The notes below the pieces were generated by a model. That model was not told the DNA's origin, searched no databases, and worked only from the letters and a program-made list of their open reading frames with translations. The translations under genes were made by a program, and so were the position numbers. DNA of 62,829 bases, filler included, from Octopus bimaculoides (lineage: Eukaryota), in the NCBI RefSeq assembly GCF_001194135.2. It is 5 parts of 5 records of this genome, joined end to end, with 100 filler letters (N's around TTAATTAATTAA, not from the genome) between each part and the next. Parts side by side here need not be neighbours in the genome. Positions count along the whole stretch, not along the records: positions 1 to 17,210 come from NC_068986.1; positions 17,311 to 26,960 come from NC_068987.1; 3 more parts are not named here. One strand, given 5' to 3'. Each line of letters starts with the position of its first letter. The stretch's first letter is position 1. Below, piece after piece: positions 11,230-24,383 of the stretch.

Positions 11230-12131
11230 TAAGAAGAAGAAGAAGAAGAAGAAGAAGAAATTAATAGAGTGGTTACGGGAGGAGTTATACAAATGAGAAA
11301 TTTAATTCAATTTTATCTGAAGTATTAAAAAATATTTTTGTTTTAAAAATTAATATAGAGGCACAGGCTTGGCTGTCTTGTAAGAAGTATACTTCAAAAC
11401 TCTCGGCGTTGGAAATGGCGGAGATGTATCTCACTACCAGTGATATAAACAAGTGGGCATTTTGCACCAGAAAGCCAATAAGATAGTTTCTCTCAAGGTA
11501 TCTACCACAGTATAGTTTGTTCTAACAGAACTTCCACCTTTGAGTGGTGATACATATTACCTCTTGATATTAATTCTGCCTCTGTCACTAATATATATAT
11601 TTTTTAACAAGCCTAATCGCGACAGCAACACCTGTTCTGGCTCTATCAATATATATATATATATATATTTCGCTTGCGGAGAGATGAGTCGCTGCTATCT
11701 CTAGCGGCCGAGCGTTTGTCATTGACGAGACCAGCGATATAAACAAATGTGAATTTTGCCCCAAAAGCCAATACAAGAGTCTTTCTCATGTTGTCTATCG
11801 CAGTAAAGTTAGTTCTAACGGAATACTCACGCTTGAGTGGGGATAAATTTTACCCCTATGATCGGCAGTAATGGTTAAACTATGCGTCACTTATAGAGCG
11901 AAACATGTGCATAGTATTTACCTCACTGCAAAAGATGACACTCACTCCTCATTATATCCTGTTTGTAATTATCTCAAGTGAATCATCATACCAATAATAA
12001 AGACACGGTTCAATTTCACTTCTTTATCTAAAACTAAGAGACAAACGTTGAATAGAGAGAACATGTCATTGATGAGGTCCCAAATGGCGATGAAAGGACT
12101 TTGACAAACACATCTAATTGATTGATTAAAC

Positions 12132-12498
12132 CAGGGCTTCTCAACCAATTTTTTATCTTTGGACCCCTTTGATTACTATTTGACAGCCATTCGATATTTA
12201 AAAACTAGTTTTACATATGCTTCTTTCAAATTCGTATTTTGTTTTTCACACGTTCCCTGATGTAGGTTTGCAAAAGTACTCTCTGGGAGAACATGTTTCT
12301 CTGGCCAGAAACATGTTTAACTATGTAAAGCGTTAGAGAAAGAAACCTAATTGCTTCTCGCAATAAATATATCTAAAACAAAATTTTTCGTGGACCCCTA
12401 AAATAATTTCGTAGATTTTCAATTAACTATTTGCCTGACCCCCAAAAATCTTATATGGAACCCCTGGGGTTTATATGAGCCTCAGTCGAGAACCACTG
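12132..12498. mobile_element. hAT-type MITE
   Basis: TIRs CAGGGCTTCTCAAC / GTCGAGAACCACTG, with an 8-bp TSD GATTAAAC / GATTAAGC (one mismatch). Confidence 0.75.
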
Positions 12499-12944
12499 GA
12501 TTAAGCGAATGATTAATCAAACAACCGATTGGATAGTTGGTTAAATAGCTAGAAGTGAAGTAGAACTAGTGCGTGTGTATATTATTGACATAATGACCCT
12601 CGCAAGATACATCAAAATCTGGTTCAGCACATGAGCCCACATCAAGAATTTTGCAAATCAAAGACTTGAATTAAAATATTTTCAATAATTTTCAATAAAA
12701 TTTCAATTTCGGAAGTGATGTCTTCTGCTCTCCTGACCTTAATTAGTCATTGATCTAATGACCGGTTTTGCTCATAGTTTTAGTTAATTAATTTTAATAA
12801 GTCTAATTCACATTTTCATGGAAATGAAATTTTCCCTTCTTTATGTTTTGTGAGTACAGACGATCAAGGCAGAAGATAATTACTGACATGTCAATTACAA
12901 CATCATTAACCTCAAATCCAGCGTGAGAGTTGTCTCGCAAAAAT

Positions 12945-13480
12945 ACACTGGTGTGGCTGAGTGATAAGAAGCTTGCTTCCCAACCACATGGTTCCGGGTT
13001 CTGTTCCACTGCATGGCACCTTGGGCAAGTATCTTCTGCTATAGTCTCAGGCAGTCTGAGTGGATTTTGGTTGACGGAAACTGAAAGAAGGCCGTCGTAT
13101 ATGCGCGCGTGTGTATGTATTTGTGTGTGTATGTGTGTATGTGTGTGTGTCTGTGTGTGTAAGCATGTGTGTGTGTTTGTGTGTGTATGTTTGTGTGTAT
13201 GTATGTGTGTCTATGAGTGTGTGTATAAGTGTGTCTATTGTGTGTATGTGTGTACGTTTGTTTGTGTGTGTGATAGTTTGTGTGTGTGATAGTTTGTGTG
13301 TGTGGGTGTGTGTCTTTACGTCTTTGTAACTTAGCGGTTCAGCAGAAGTAACTGAAAGAATAAGCACCGGGCTTTAAAAAAGTAAGTACTAGGGGGTCGA
13401 TCGATTCGACTAAAAGAAAAGTCTTCTAAGCGGTGCCCCAGCATGGCCACAGTCCGAATCAAGTAAACAAGTAAACGATA
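12945..13480 (+). mobile_element. SINE family B with expanded internal (GT)n
   Basis: Head GTGTGGCTGAGTGATAAGAAGCTTGCTTCCCAACCAC, then GACGGAAACTGAAAGAAGGCCGTCG, a GT-rich tract and the 3' module. Confidence 0.8.
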
Positions 13481-14609
13481 AAAGATATCTCGTTTTATCT
13501 GCTACCTTTTACTTATTTCAGTCATTAGACTGCGGCCATACTAGGGCACGGCCTTGAAACTTTAGTTGAATGAATCGACCCCAGCACTTATCCTGTAAGC
13601 CTGGTACATATTCTATCGGTTTCTTTTGCCGAACCGCTAATTTACAGGGACGTGAACACACCAACATCGGTTGTCAAGCGATATTAGGGGACACACACAG
13701 ACACACAAATGCATACACACTGGCAAACACGCACTCAGTACTCAGTGTGGNNNNNNNNNNNNNNNNNNNNNNNNNNNNNNNNNNNNNNNNNNNNNNNNNN
13801 NNNNNNNNNNNNNNNNNNNNNNNNNNNNNNNNNNNNNNNNNNNNNNNNNNNNNNNNNNNNNNNNNNNNNNNNNNNNNNNNNNNNNNNNNNNNNNNNNNNN
13901 NNNNNNNNNNNNNNNNNNNNNNNNNNNNNNNNNNNNNNNNNNNNNNNNNNNNNNNNNNNNNNNNNNNNNNNNNNNNNNNNNNNNNNNNNNNNNNNNNNNN
14001 NNNNNNNNNNNNNNNNNNNNNNNNNNNNNNNNNATGGGTACAGGACGTCACAAAACCTTAACAACATGAAATACGAACACAAACTTTTTTGCGGACAACA
14101 AGAAAAACAAATGGAAAACAAGACAAGTAACATTAAAAAAATGACCCTTCATCAATTGTCGGCTGTTTATGTACTCCACATTTCGAGCAATTCACGACAA
14201 TATGTACCTTCGAGAAAACAGTTGCTCCTGGGAACCAAAATAAAATTTGGGATTTGCGGAGGGTCAAAGTTGGTATATATATACAATGAGATTCTTTCAG
14301 TTTCCGTCTACCAAATCGACTCACAATGCTTTGGTCGGCCCGAGGCAATAATAGAAAACAATTAGCCAAGATGTATTGCAGTAGGACTGAACCCGGAACT
14401 ATGTGGTTGGGAAGCAAGCTTCTTACCACACACATCACACTTATTTTTGCTGAAAATTCAGAGCAATTCTTTTTGCGCTTCCATTGTTTCATACGACATA
14501 TATTGCAGTGAGTCATATTAAGGCCGCGAATACTTTTTGTGACTAATAGATCGGCATGTTGATCTAGAACGCTTACTCATATTCCTCAACACGATTATGA
14601 AATTAGTAA

Positions 14610-14823
14610 TTAGGAGCTGGCAGAAACGTTAGCACGCAGGGCGAAATGCTTAGCGGTATTTCGTCTGTCTTTACGATCTGAGTTCAAATTCCGCCAAGGT
14701 CGACTTTGCCTTTCATCCTTTCGGGGTCGATGAATTAAGTACCAGTTGCGTCCTGGGGTCGATCTAATCAACTGGCCCCCTCCCCAAAAATTTCGAGCCT
14801 TGTGCCCAGTGTAGAAAAGAATT
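14610..14823 (+). mobile_element. SINE family A
   Basis: Head, core and the CCCCCTCCCCAAAAATTTCG...GTAGAAAAGAATTA tail. Confidence 0.85.
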
Positions 14824-15266
14824 AACCCCGTAATATCATTGTCAGTGAGCGGTAATAACAACTACACCAATAAAACGTGGTCGTTTGATATGCTGATATG
14901 CTAGAAATAGCAACCAAATGGCCATTAGATCATGTCAATCTTTTATTGTTTCTCTTTTAATTGTTTTCAGTCATTGGGTGGCGACCAAACTGGAGCACCA
15001 CCTTGAAGGGTTTAGTTGACCAACACGACTCCGGTTAAGTATGCTTCAGAATATCCTGGGTGGGCACTGATTTGTAATAATGCGAAGTGGAGTTTCGAAA
15101 TATGTGTATCACTGTAAATCTAAGGGTGCACCATTGAATAGGGAGGAGAAGCACTGTCCTGTGCCGTCCAGTGTACCCCTTTAGCGACGGGTATGGCTCC
15201 AGTATTCATCTTTTACGTTTGATATTTATTCAATCGGTCCCTTTAGCCCTTTTGGTTTGTCTACGG

Positions 15267-15435
15267 TGGTGGTTCCCAAACTTTTCACTACCAAGGACCC
15301 CTTTTATTTGAATGAGTTTTTTCCCCCACGGAACCCGGTATATTGTAAGGTCTGTCAGCTTAACATGTTCCCAGACCCCCATTACTACTTTTGCAAACCA
15401 CCAGAGGTCGGCGGACCACAGATTGGAAACCACTG
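15267..15435. mobile_element. hAT-type MITE (degenerate)
   Basis: TIR-like (TG)GTGGTTCCCAAAC / GATTGGAAACCACTG. The TSD is only partly conserved (GTCTACGG / GTCCATGA). Confidence 0.55.
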
Positions 15436-15639
15436 GTCCATGAGCACTAGACAAACCAACAGTGGTTATCAGGCGGTGGTAGAGGTCAAACACAAACACA
15501 AATGTACATACATACATACATACATACATACATACATACATACAAAGACATACATACATACATACATACATACATACATACATACATACATACATACATA
15601 CATACAAAGACATACATACATACATACATACATATATAT

Positions 15640-16560
15640 TGCATACATGAAGCTGATAACATCATAAGATTTGGAAGGCAACACTCTTGAGCAACACTCT
15701 TTGTCTGATAACCTAGAAAACATGCCCAAAGAAGTTGCACAACTCTACCGCAATGTATCATTCAGACGAAAGGATGACCCTATATGAGCGGAAGGTTATG
15801 CATGGATATGTTAGTAGAAAGCTCCGTGATGATAGTAACATCGATCATCAAAGCAGCTTATCATGGACGAATAGCCGGATTATTACCTCCGACTTTGAAG
15901 GGTATGCGTTTGCAATCCAGGAACAGGAAATATCAACCAAGTGCCTGATGCACAAAAGGGATAGAGATGCGGGCAAAGCCGTAAAATGTGACAACTGATG
16001 CAGACTTTGTGGAGTTCACACTGAAGATATCACCCACATCATAAGCAGTTGTCCGAAAATGTCATCACGGTATTATCTACCGATGAGACATGACGTTGTA
16101 GCTAGGACATTCTATAATGAAATCTGTCGAAAGGATAATCCCGAGGACAAAGAAATACGAATTCACAATATGGTAGAAGCCATACCTACTCATAATAAAA
16201 GAGAATACTGGTGGAATGTACCAGTGAAACCCCCAATAAAATATGAACACAACAGACCTGTTATAATGATAAAAGAGAAACTGTGCACAGTCGTGGAAAT
16301 TAGCTGCCCAGCGGATGTTAATATAAAGCTGAAGATCAGTGAAAAAGAGAATACCTCTGCTGAACTATTGAGAAATCTGCAGTTACTCTATACCTGTAAT
16401 TATTGGGGCCCTGGGATATGTAATGCACTGCCTAAATACCAATCTTGAGAAATTAGGCTTCTCAAGACCAGAAAGGAGAAAGCTAATTCGAAGACTACAG
16501 ATTCAAGCCATCACTGGAACTGTAAAAATCTGTAAATCCTTCCAGAAGTTTATCATTTAA
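15640..16560 (+). mobile_element. R4/Dong-clade LINE 3' region (CCHC zinc knuckle plus RLE)
   Basis: FEGYAFAIQEQEISTK, CRLCGVHTEDITHIISSCP, RHDVVAR and WNVPVK...HNRP...VVEISCPADVN are present, with stops and frameshifts. Confidence 0.85.
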
Positions 16561-17210
16561 ATATATATATGAGCATATCTAAATATGTGACTATATGCAT
16601 GAGAATACATACATAAAACCTACAAATCTGCACATATATACATATATACATGCATGCATACATACATACATACACACAAAAAATCCTGTTGTTGATGTTG
16701 AAATTCCAATGAAGAAGCCTTTCTCTATTGGCAAGAAACCTTGAAATAAACTGAATAATGGCATACATACATACATACATACATACATACATACATACAT
16801 ACATACATACATACATACATCAAAGTCAACTTTGCTTTTCATTCTTTCGGTAGGAAAGCTTGCTTCCCAACCGCAGGGTTCTGGTTCAGTCCCACTGCGT
16901 GGCACCTTGAGTAAGTGTCTTCTGCTATAGCCTCCAGCCGATGCTACGTTCTGAGTTCAAATTCCGCCGAGGTTGACTTTGCCTTTCATCTTTTCGGAGT
17001 CGATGAAATAAGTACCAGTTACGCACTGGGTTGATGCAATCGACTAATCCCCTCCCTCCAAATTTCAGGGCTTGTGCCTTCAGTAGAAAGGATTATTCTG
17101 AGGGCATAATATTTCTTGATTGTCAACCGCTTATCGTTTGTTATATTCAAGCTGGTCTTCCACCCATTTTCCTTCAGGGAAAGAGAGAACGTTTGTTATA
17201 TTCAAGCTGA

Positions 17211-17310
17211 NNNNNNNNNNNNNNNNNNNNNNNNNNNNNNNNNNNNNNNNNNNNTTAATTAATTAANNNNNNNNNNNNNNNNNNNNNNNNNNNNNNNNNN
17301 NNNNNNNNNN
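17211..17310. other. Synthetic assembly linker (44 N + TTAATTAATTAA + 44 N)
   Basis: The same 100-bp construct occurs four times; the 12-mer gives a stop codon in all six frames. Confidence 0.95.
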
Positions 17311-17335
17311 TTTTTTTTTTTTTTTTTTTTTTTTA

Positions 17336-18240
17336 ATAGATAAGTGCATTTGTCTTATTTGCAACGATCACGTAGCCGTTCATGAAAAATATAATATTGA
17401 GATGCATTTTGTGAGTAAGCATAAGACCTATGAAGATTTGAAAGAATCTGAACGTTTAGACAAGATAGCCTCCTTGAAAGAAAATCTGACCAAAAGATAA
17501 GCTTTTTCCAAAAGGCCCATTCTTGAAAGTGAATCAGTAACTCCAGCTAGGGGTTGTGAGGAATTCAGAGCCACCTCAGGTTACATATCAAAAAGTGTTA
17601 CAAAAATACGTAGTTCGATTTTGTTATCTTGTATTTCTTCAAAAGACTTTGACACTCATCAGAGTATTCCTTTGATTCGGAATTTTGTTCGCTCAATTTG
17701 GGAAAATGTGTGAAGCACATGCTCACGGAAACTAACAAAGATAATTGATATATCAGATTTATCCCAAAAGAAGGCCCGGGCTAGTTATGCAGTATGCAAA
17801 AATATTGCTTTAAAAAAATCAAACCACATAATGATGGAGAATTCGTGAAAGACTGTTGAGAAAAATCTGGTTCATCAGAATTCATATTGTATTCATTAGC
17901 TATTGATGAGATAGCTGATCTAATACTGCTCAGGTGGCAATATTTATGCGTGGAATAACTGCAAACTTCAACATTCAGGAAGAATTTCTTGCCTTGAAGT
18001 CAGTGTATGGAACAACTAGAGGTGAAGATTTATTTCAAATGGTTGACTCAACCTTAAAGGATTTTGATTTGCCATATGAAAAAGGGTTCATAGCTATGAG
18101 TAAGAATGAATTTAAGAAGCGTCTTTTGGATCTGAAAACTTTGTGTGTCACTGCTTTATTCATATGGAATGTTTATGTGCAAAATCTCTCAAGATGGGCA
18201 ATGTAATGAAAGTTGTAACTATAACCGTTAATTTGATAAA
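17336..18240 (+). mobile_element. hAT (SPIN/Charlie, GTF2IRD2/EPM2AIP1-like) transposase relic
   Basis: KCICLICNDHVAVHEKYNIEMHFVSKH (zinc-ribbon-like), ASYAVCKNIA...DGEFVKDC, and LAIDE...AQVAIFMRGITANFNIQEEFLALKSVYGTTRGEDLF. It is frameshifted and interrupted. Confidence 0.85.
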
Positions 18241-19369
18241 AAGCATGACTCTCCTCTAACTCATTAGAATCTGTCAAACCACCCACACCATCCCTGCATG
18301 GAATCCAAATGTTAAACTATAATGATAATGCTAATATCATATCCAGTGGAGCGGTATCTCTCATCTGTTTAATGTATTGGAATTAGAATTAAGCTTGTTT
18401 CCCAGCCATGTGGATTTGGATTCAGTCTTACTGTGTGGCATCTTGGGCAAGTGTCTTTTATAGCCCCAAGCTGACAAAAGCCTCATGGGCGTACTTGGTA
18501 GATGGAAACTGAAAGAAGCCTGTCATATTTATTGGTTAGTGCCAGTGATGAGTAAATGACACCCACTACATTCTCTATAGTGGTTGGCGTTAGGACGGGC
18601 ATGAAAACCGAGCCAAAACAGACTGGAGTCTGATACAGCTTACCAGTTCCAATCAAACTGTCTAACCCATGCCAGCATGGAAAAAACATGGTAAATGATG
18701 ATTATGTGTGTACCTTGGCTTGACATCATGTAACAGTTATGAGTGTCTTTCCAGTCTCAGCCATGAAGAAATATTAGCATACTTGGAAATGAGTGATGGG
18801 TGTCTGGCAGTAGATGTATCCCATCTGATCCATGCAAACTCAGACAAGTAGACATGAAAATGTTACCTCCAGGCTAGCCTGCAACTGAACAATCACCAGA
18901 AACAAAAGATGAAATGCAATACCACATAGATTAAATAAAATATTTGAAAAAAATCTTCATAAAAGCAGTTTCAGAAAGCATGCAGAAGTTCTTAGAAGTT
19001 GGTGGTACCAGAGGAAGTTAATTTGTTTTAAAATATTTCTTAGGGCAGACTTCTAAATACACAGATAATTGTTCTATCAGATTCTTGGACATTTTTACAT
19101 GGAACATCAACAACTGGTATTATTGTGGGTTTTTTGTTTGTTTGTTTTTTTAAATTTTAATTAGCATCAATCATTTGTCATGTTTTGCTATACATGTGTA
19201 TTGTCATCAGTTTAACATCCACTTTCCCATGCTTGCATGGATTAAATGGAATTTGTTATGGTAGCTTTTCTACAACCAGTTGTTTTTCACAAAACTAGAA
19301 ATAAATGACACTGCTTGTTTACAACTGTCACATTGATGTAGAGACAAGAACATATACATATTGTTTTCA

Positions 19370-19556
19370 AATTTTGGCACAAGGCCAGCAATTTTAGTGG
19401 GGTGGGGTTAAGTCAATTATAACAACCCCAGTGCTCAACTGCTACTTATTCTATCGACCCCGAGAGGATGAAAGGCAAATCTGAACTCAGAACATTGACA
19501 GACAAAATGCCACTCAGCATTTTACCCAGTGTGCTAATGATTCTGCCAGCTTGCAG
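19370..19556 (-). mobile_element. SINE family A, CpG-decayed copy
   Basis: Reverse complement of tail, core and head, with most CG converted to TG/CA. Confidence 0.75.
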
Positions 19557-20604
19557 CATTACTGTTTGTCTTTATGTTTTGATTTGCCATATCATTAAGC
19601 TACAAGATAATGTATGATTAATTTAAAACAATTCAAATGATTAAGTATTACATTTGACTGAAAAATCTGAATGCTAAAGGGTTAACAAGAATAGTATTGA
19701 TAGTGGCTTAGAAGTTTCGACCAACTAAGTCATCATCAGACTTCTGATATATGACTTCTTTCAGTTTCTATCTACCAAATCCACACATTTATGGGAGGTT
19801 TCTTTAATGTGTACCAATTTTATTCACAAGGTATTGGTCAACTTGAATGTATAGCAGAAGATAATTCCCTGTGGTTATGAATTGAACTTCATGTCTGTAC
19901 CTTATAATATTATGATCATCATCCTTTAACATCCGTTTTCCATGCTGGATGGTTTGACCAGAGCTGGCAAGCAGGAGAGCTGCACTGGGTTCTAGTTTGA
20001 TTTAGCTTTTTATGGCTGGATGCCCTTCCTAACACCAACCACTTTACAGAGTGTGTTGGCTAAATTTAACATGACACTATCACAGGTCTCCTGCAGAACA
20101 ATCTTCTTCATCAAGGGGAGTGATGTTAACACTTATGCTGTGGAGAATGGGTCTTCTTGAGTACAGCAAGGTGCCAGATACCTCTAGATATATGATCATT
20201 TTGTGACTTCATGGGTAAGATGAAGTTCTCTGAGGCAGATTTTCTATGACTGGATGCTGTTCTTATCCCCAACCTTCAACTGTTTCCTAGTAAGGTAGTA
20301 TTTCCCCTAGTCTAGATATTCATTTACAATTAGCACATGATGTCAAGACAAGGAGGTAGACACATCCACATGTGTGCTCAAACACATTTTTACATGAACA
20401 GCGTCTCAGTTTTCATCTACCACATTTATTCTCAAGATTGAGACATATTTTTATAGCTGGATGTCCTTCTTGTCACCTACCCTCACCTGTTTCCCCCTTG
20501 GCTAAGCATTTTTCTTTATGGAGGCTTAGAAGTGAAGGGGGCCACTTTAATGGCAGTGATGATCATTTACAACTAATGTGATATAAAGTAAAGGAGACAG
20601 TAAC

Positions 20605-20925
20605 ACTCTGCTTCCAAGCCACATGGTTCTAGGTTGAGTCCCACTGCAGGGCACATTGGGCAAGTGTCTGCTACTATAATTTCAGGCCAACCAAAGTCTT
20701 GTGAGTGAATTTGGTAGATGGAAACTGAAAGAAGCCCATCATGTCTATTTGTGTTTGTCTCCCATCACCACTTGACAGACGGTGTTAGTATATTTACATC
20801 CCTGTAACTTAGCAGTTTGGCTGATAGAATAAGTACCAGGCTATAAAAAAGTAAATACTGGGATCCATTCATTTAACTAAAAATTCTGCAAGGCAGTGCC
20901 CCAGTCTAATGACTGAAACAAGTAA
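20605..20925 (+). mobile_element. SINE family B, CpG-decayed copy
   Basis: GCTTCCAAGCCACATGGTT...GGTAGATGGAAACTGAAAGAAGCCCATC plus the 3' module. Confidence 0.75.
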
Positions 20926-20959
20926 AATATATATATATATATACATACACACACACACA

Positions 20960-21150
20960 TACGAGGAGGTGCTGGAAAGTTCCTAGCTTTGGGTAAAAGA
21001 AAATACAGGATGATCAGTTAATTATGATTTTATTCATCATATTCACACACTTATTGCAGTGGTCCATCGGTTTTTCTAAGCCCTGTTAAAGAACTCAGGA
21101 GGTTGGACCTTCAACTAGGCCTTTCACAATACCCTTAAAGTCAGGGCCTT
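20960..21150 (-). mobile_element. Mariner 3' end fragment with TIR
   Basis: TACGAGGAGGTGCTGGAAAGTTCC TIR-like start. It is homologous to 57360-57506, whose minus frame reads VLLQGLEKLKHRCNK (mariner C-terminus). Confidence 0.6.
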
Positions 21151-22015
21151 TACCCCTTCATGTACACACACACACACAATAGCCTTTCAGTTTCTGTCCA
21201 GTAAATCCTGTCACAGTTGCTGATCACTGTCCAGAAGGAGAGATCATGGTTGTTCTGGGTAGGTACAATTGGTTTGAAGTATTCACTGTGCAGGCTGTAG
21301 GAGGTGAAGGTGGTGTGCAAAACTGTTATTTCATCAGGCTGTGAACTTGGTGAAAGTAAAGTTTGTGCTGATTAGCACTGGACCAACCATCATTAAATAG
21401 GTAAATCTACAATCAGATGTTCCACTCATGACTGCAGAAGGTCTTTTTCCCTTCCATTATATTGTCCTTCACAAGACAGTAAGTTTTGGTGAGATTAGGC
21501 TGCTATTTCTAGCAGATCTTTGAAGCTTTTCTTGAAACAGTTGTAGATTGATTTTTTTTTTTTTTAATTAAAATTTTATATTTATATATTGGATCTTTTG
21601 TATTCTATATATTACTTCTCATATTTTCATTGCATGAAAACAGCTGTTCTAAATGATTTTTTTTCAGCCTGGAATAGAAGTTATATGTATCAAGAAGTAT
21701 GGCCTTGAATCCTTCCAAAACTTCTTCCTAACAACCTAATACTTATCACCTAAGACATTTAACTCTATCTTCTCCAAATGTATTTAGCTAAGCTGTTGGC
21801 ATTCCTATTTACTTTGTCATCCCTCCATATTTGAGGGAGTAGTGAAATAACAATAATAAACTTATTGCATACAGTGCTCAGATGCACAGGCAGTGAACAA
21901 TAAATAAGTTTTTTGGAAAGTAAGCAAAGAGATGGGAGAGGCATCCGGGTTTGAGGATAGCTATGAAAAGAATTTCGATGTCATCTGAAACATTTCTTTT
22001 CTCTTCTCTCTCCAG

Positions 22016-22126
22016 GGTGGTTTTGCTAAATGCTATGAAGTCTCTGAAGTTGGAAAACCTCATGAAGTATTTGCGTGTAAGATTGTCCCCAAGGCAATCT
22101 TACTCAAAAGTCAACAACGTGAGAAG
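22016..22126 (+). CDS. PLK1: Polo-like kinase 1, kinase-domain exon (Gly-loop to alphaC)
   Basis: A polypyrimidine tract and TCCAG acceptor precede GGFAKCYEVSEVGKPHEVFACKIVPKAILLKSQQREK, followed by a GTAGGT donor. Phase 0/0, 111 nt. GGFAKC is the Plk signature. Confidence 0.95.
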
Positions 22127-22683
22127 GTAGGTATTATGTAGATCTGTTTGAAGTGTTGGTAAATGTGAATGCTCCATGTATATGCAGTTTGTGTAATTTA
22201 ATGCATGTGGGCATACTCGCTCTTTATAATGCTGGATAAGCCTGAACTCTCACTCAACCCACTCCATTTCTCCCTTTTTCTCAACCCAGACGCTAATCTT
22301 TTCCCTACTTGTCATAGTCCCAGCCATCCTCTCATCCCTCTCACAAAGGTCATTGCCCATGCTCTCTTCTCTCTCATTTATAAGGGCAACTTTATGCCTT
22401 TAGCCTCACAAGTTTTGAATTGATCATCGCTGGTACTGGTGATATTAAAAAAAAAAAAAGCTCCCCATACACTCTGGAAAGTAATTGGTTTTAGGAAGAA
22501 CATTCAGCCTTAGAAAACATGCCAAAGTAGACCCTGGTGCTTGATGCAGTCCTCCAATCCATCAGATCCTATCTAACCATCCAACACATGCCAGCATGGA
22601 AGCTGAATGTTAAATGATAATAATGAGCATGTTTAATGTGTGCAAATACCTTTTCTCACTCTCCCATCTCTTTCTCTCTGCAG

Positions 22684-22800
22684 ATGTTCCAGGAAATTAG
22701 CATCCATCGTTCTCTCTCTCACAAAAATGTTGTACGCTTCGTGAATTTCTTTGAAGATGACCACTTCATTTACATCATCTTAGAATTGTGTCGGTGCCGT
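22684..22800 (+). CDS. PLK1: Polo-like kinase 1, kinase-domain exon (hinge)
   Basis: TGCAG acceptor, [45 protein letters not shown] donor. Phase 0/0, 117 nt, in frame with the neighbouring exons. Confidence 0.95.
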
Positions 22801-23147
22801 GTAAGTTTTCTTTTGCTGTCTGTATACAACCATGTACCCAATTTAACCATTTTTATGCCTACCTCTAATTTTAGAATACAAAACTACCTATTTTAAACCA
22901 TTTCTATTGAAATCAAATCCTTCCATCATAATTTTATATAGTAACCTCTTTTTGCTATGTTCTCAAAACACTAGTTTGATATACTAATTAAAGAAAACTA
23001 GTTACTTTACTAAGTCTTCTATTCCATCCCAAAATTAAATTTCACAAAGCAGGTTAGCTTCATATAATTAGAGGGTTTCAAAACTTCAGAATATCACATC
23101 AGGGTGTCTCAGAAGATATTTAGGGTTATAAATAATCCTTCCTAATA

Positions 23148-23340
23148 TAGGTACAAGGCCTGAAATTTTGGGGGAGCAGCTAGAAGCTTACATTAACTAC
23201 AGTGTTCAACTGGCACTTCTTTTATTGACCCTGAAAGAATGAATGGCAAAGATGATCTCTGGAATTTGAACTCAGTGTGAAGATGAATGAAATGCTTAGC
23301 ATTTTCTCCAGTGTGCTAACATTTCTGCAGCTTGCCACCT
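23148..23340 (-). mobile_element. SINE family A in a PLK1 intron, no CpG left
   Basis: Recognisable tail, core and head with zero CG dinucleotides. Confidence 0.8.
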
Positions 23341-24383
23341 TCATTTTGAGTTATGATATAAAACTATTAATGCAAATTTATATTAAACACCAGCAGAGTT
23401 ACCCAGTGTTGCTCTGGTGTGTAATATCTAGAGTTTTTTTTTTGTTTTTTTCACATCTTAGATTAGCAAGTTAACTGCTGCATGTACCACTGGTGGATCA
23501 TTGCAAACTTCACACAACCACCAGTGGCAGGCCATGGCAGGTAAAACATGCAATGATTGTATAAATTACCTATCTATCTAGGGCAGATAAAATTCCCAAG
23601 ATCAATAGACAAGTTCTCTCCAGCTGTCTTTGTCCCTCATCATCACTGCCATGTCCTATGTCTCCCAGAGACCAGTGTCTGTCCTTAGGGCATGAACATA
23701 TGTAAATTATTCAATGATTAAAACATTATGGACTACTTTTCTTTTTCCCCTCAATAAAAACCAACGAAATTATTATTTTTTTTTTATTTCATTAGTGTAA
23801 TTTTAATTTACACCTTTTGAAAGTGTCTCTGAAAAATACTTTCAAAACTTGTATTGTTAAAGTTTTGAGGAAATATTTGAGATATGGTCCAAAAACATAT
23901 TTGCAAAATTTCATCTCACAAAAATGTGTGCATTAAATTAATCTGTTATAAGAAAACAAGGTCAGGTGTAGGAGATTGAGGTGTAGTTTTGGTGACTGGT
24001 GGCATGAATATGGACAGACACATCCAGGTATTTGAAATACCATGCAATAAAAATTCTTGAGTTCTTAAAATTATCTCTGCCTCTAGAGGATGTGTCACAA
24101 TTACTAGATAGCAGTTAAGATCAGCTCCATATAAGAAAGGCTTATTGTCTGAAGATAAGTGGACAATTGTAGACATTTTGTTTCTACCTCAACAGACTTC
24201 ATCAATACAACAATTGTCCTACCCTATTTCCAGCAACCAAGGAACATAGACATACAGAGAAAAGTAGAACACGTGACCTGAGTAGTCTGCATGAATTAAA
24301 CAAATATAAGCTAATAGAAATGACCAGTGGCATGTGGAATTGGTCTCAATTGCCATTTAGTAATTGTGAAACATCCTCTAGAG

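Noticed and set aside
19700-19748. CTGATGA-TGACTTAGTTGGTC-GAAAC on the minus strand
   Set aside because: There is no UH cleavage site after the possible stem III, and the topology cannot be closed.
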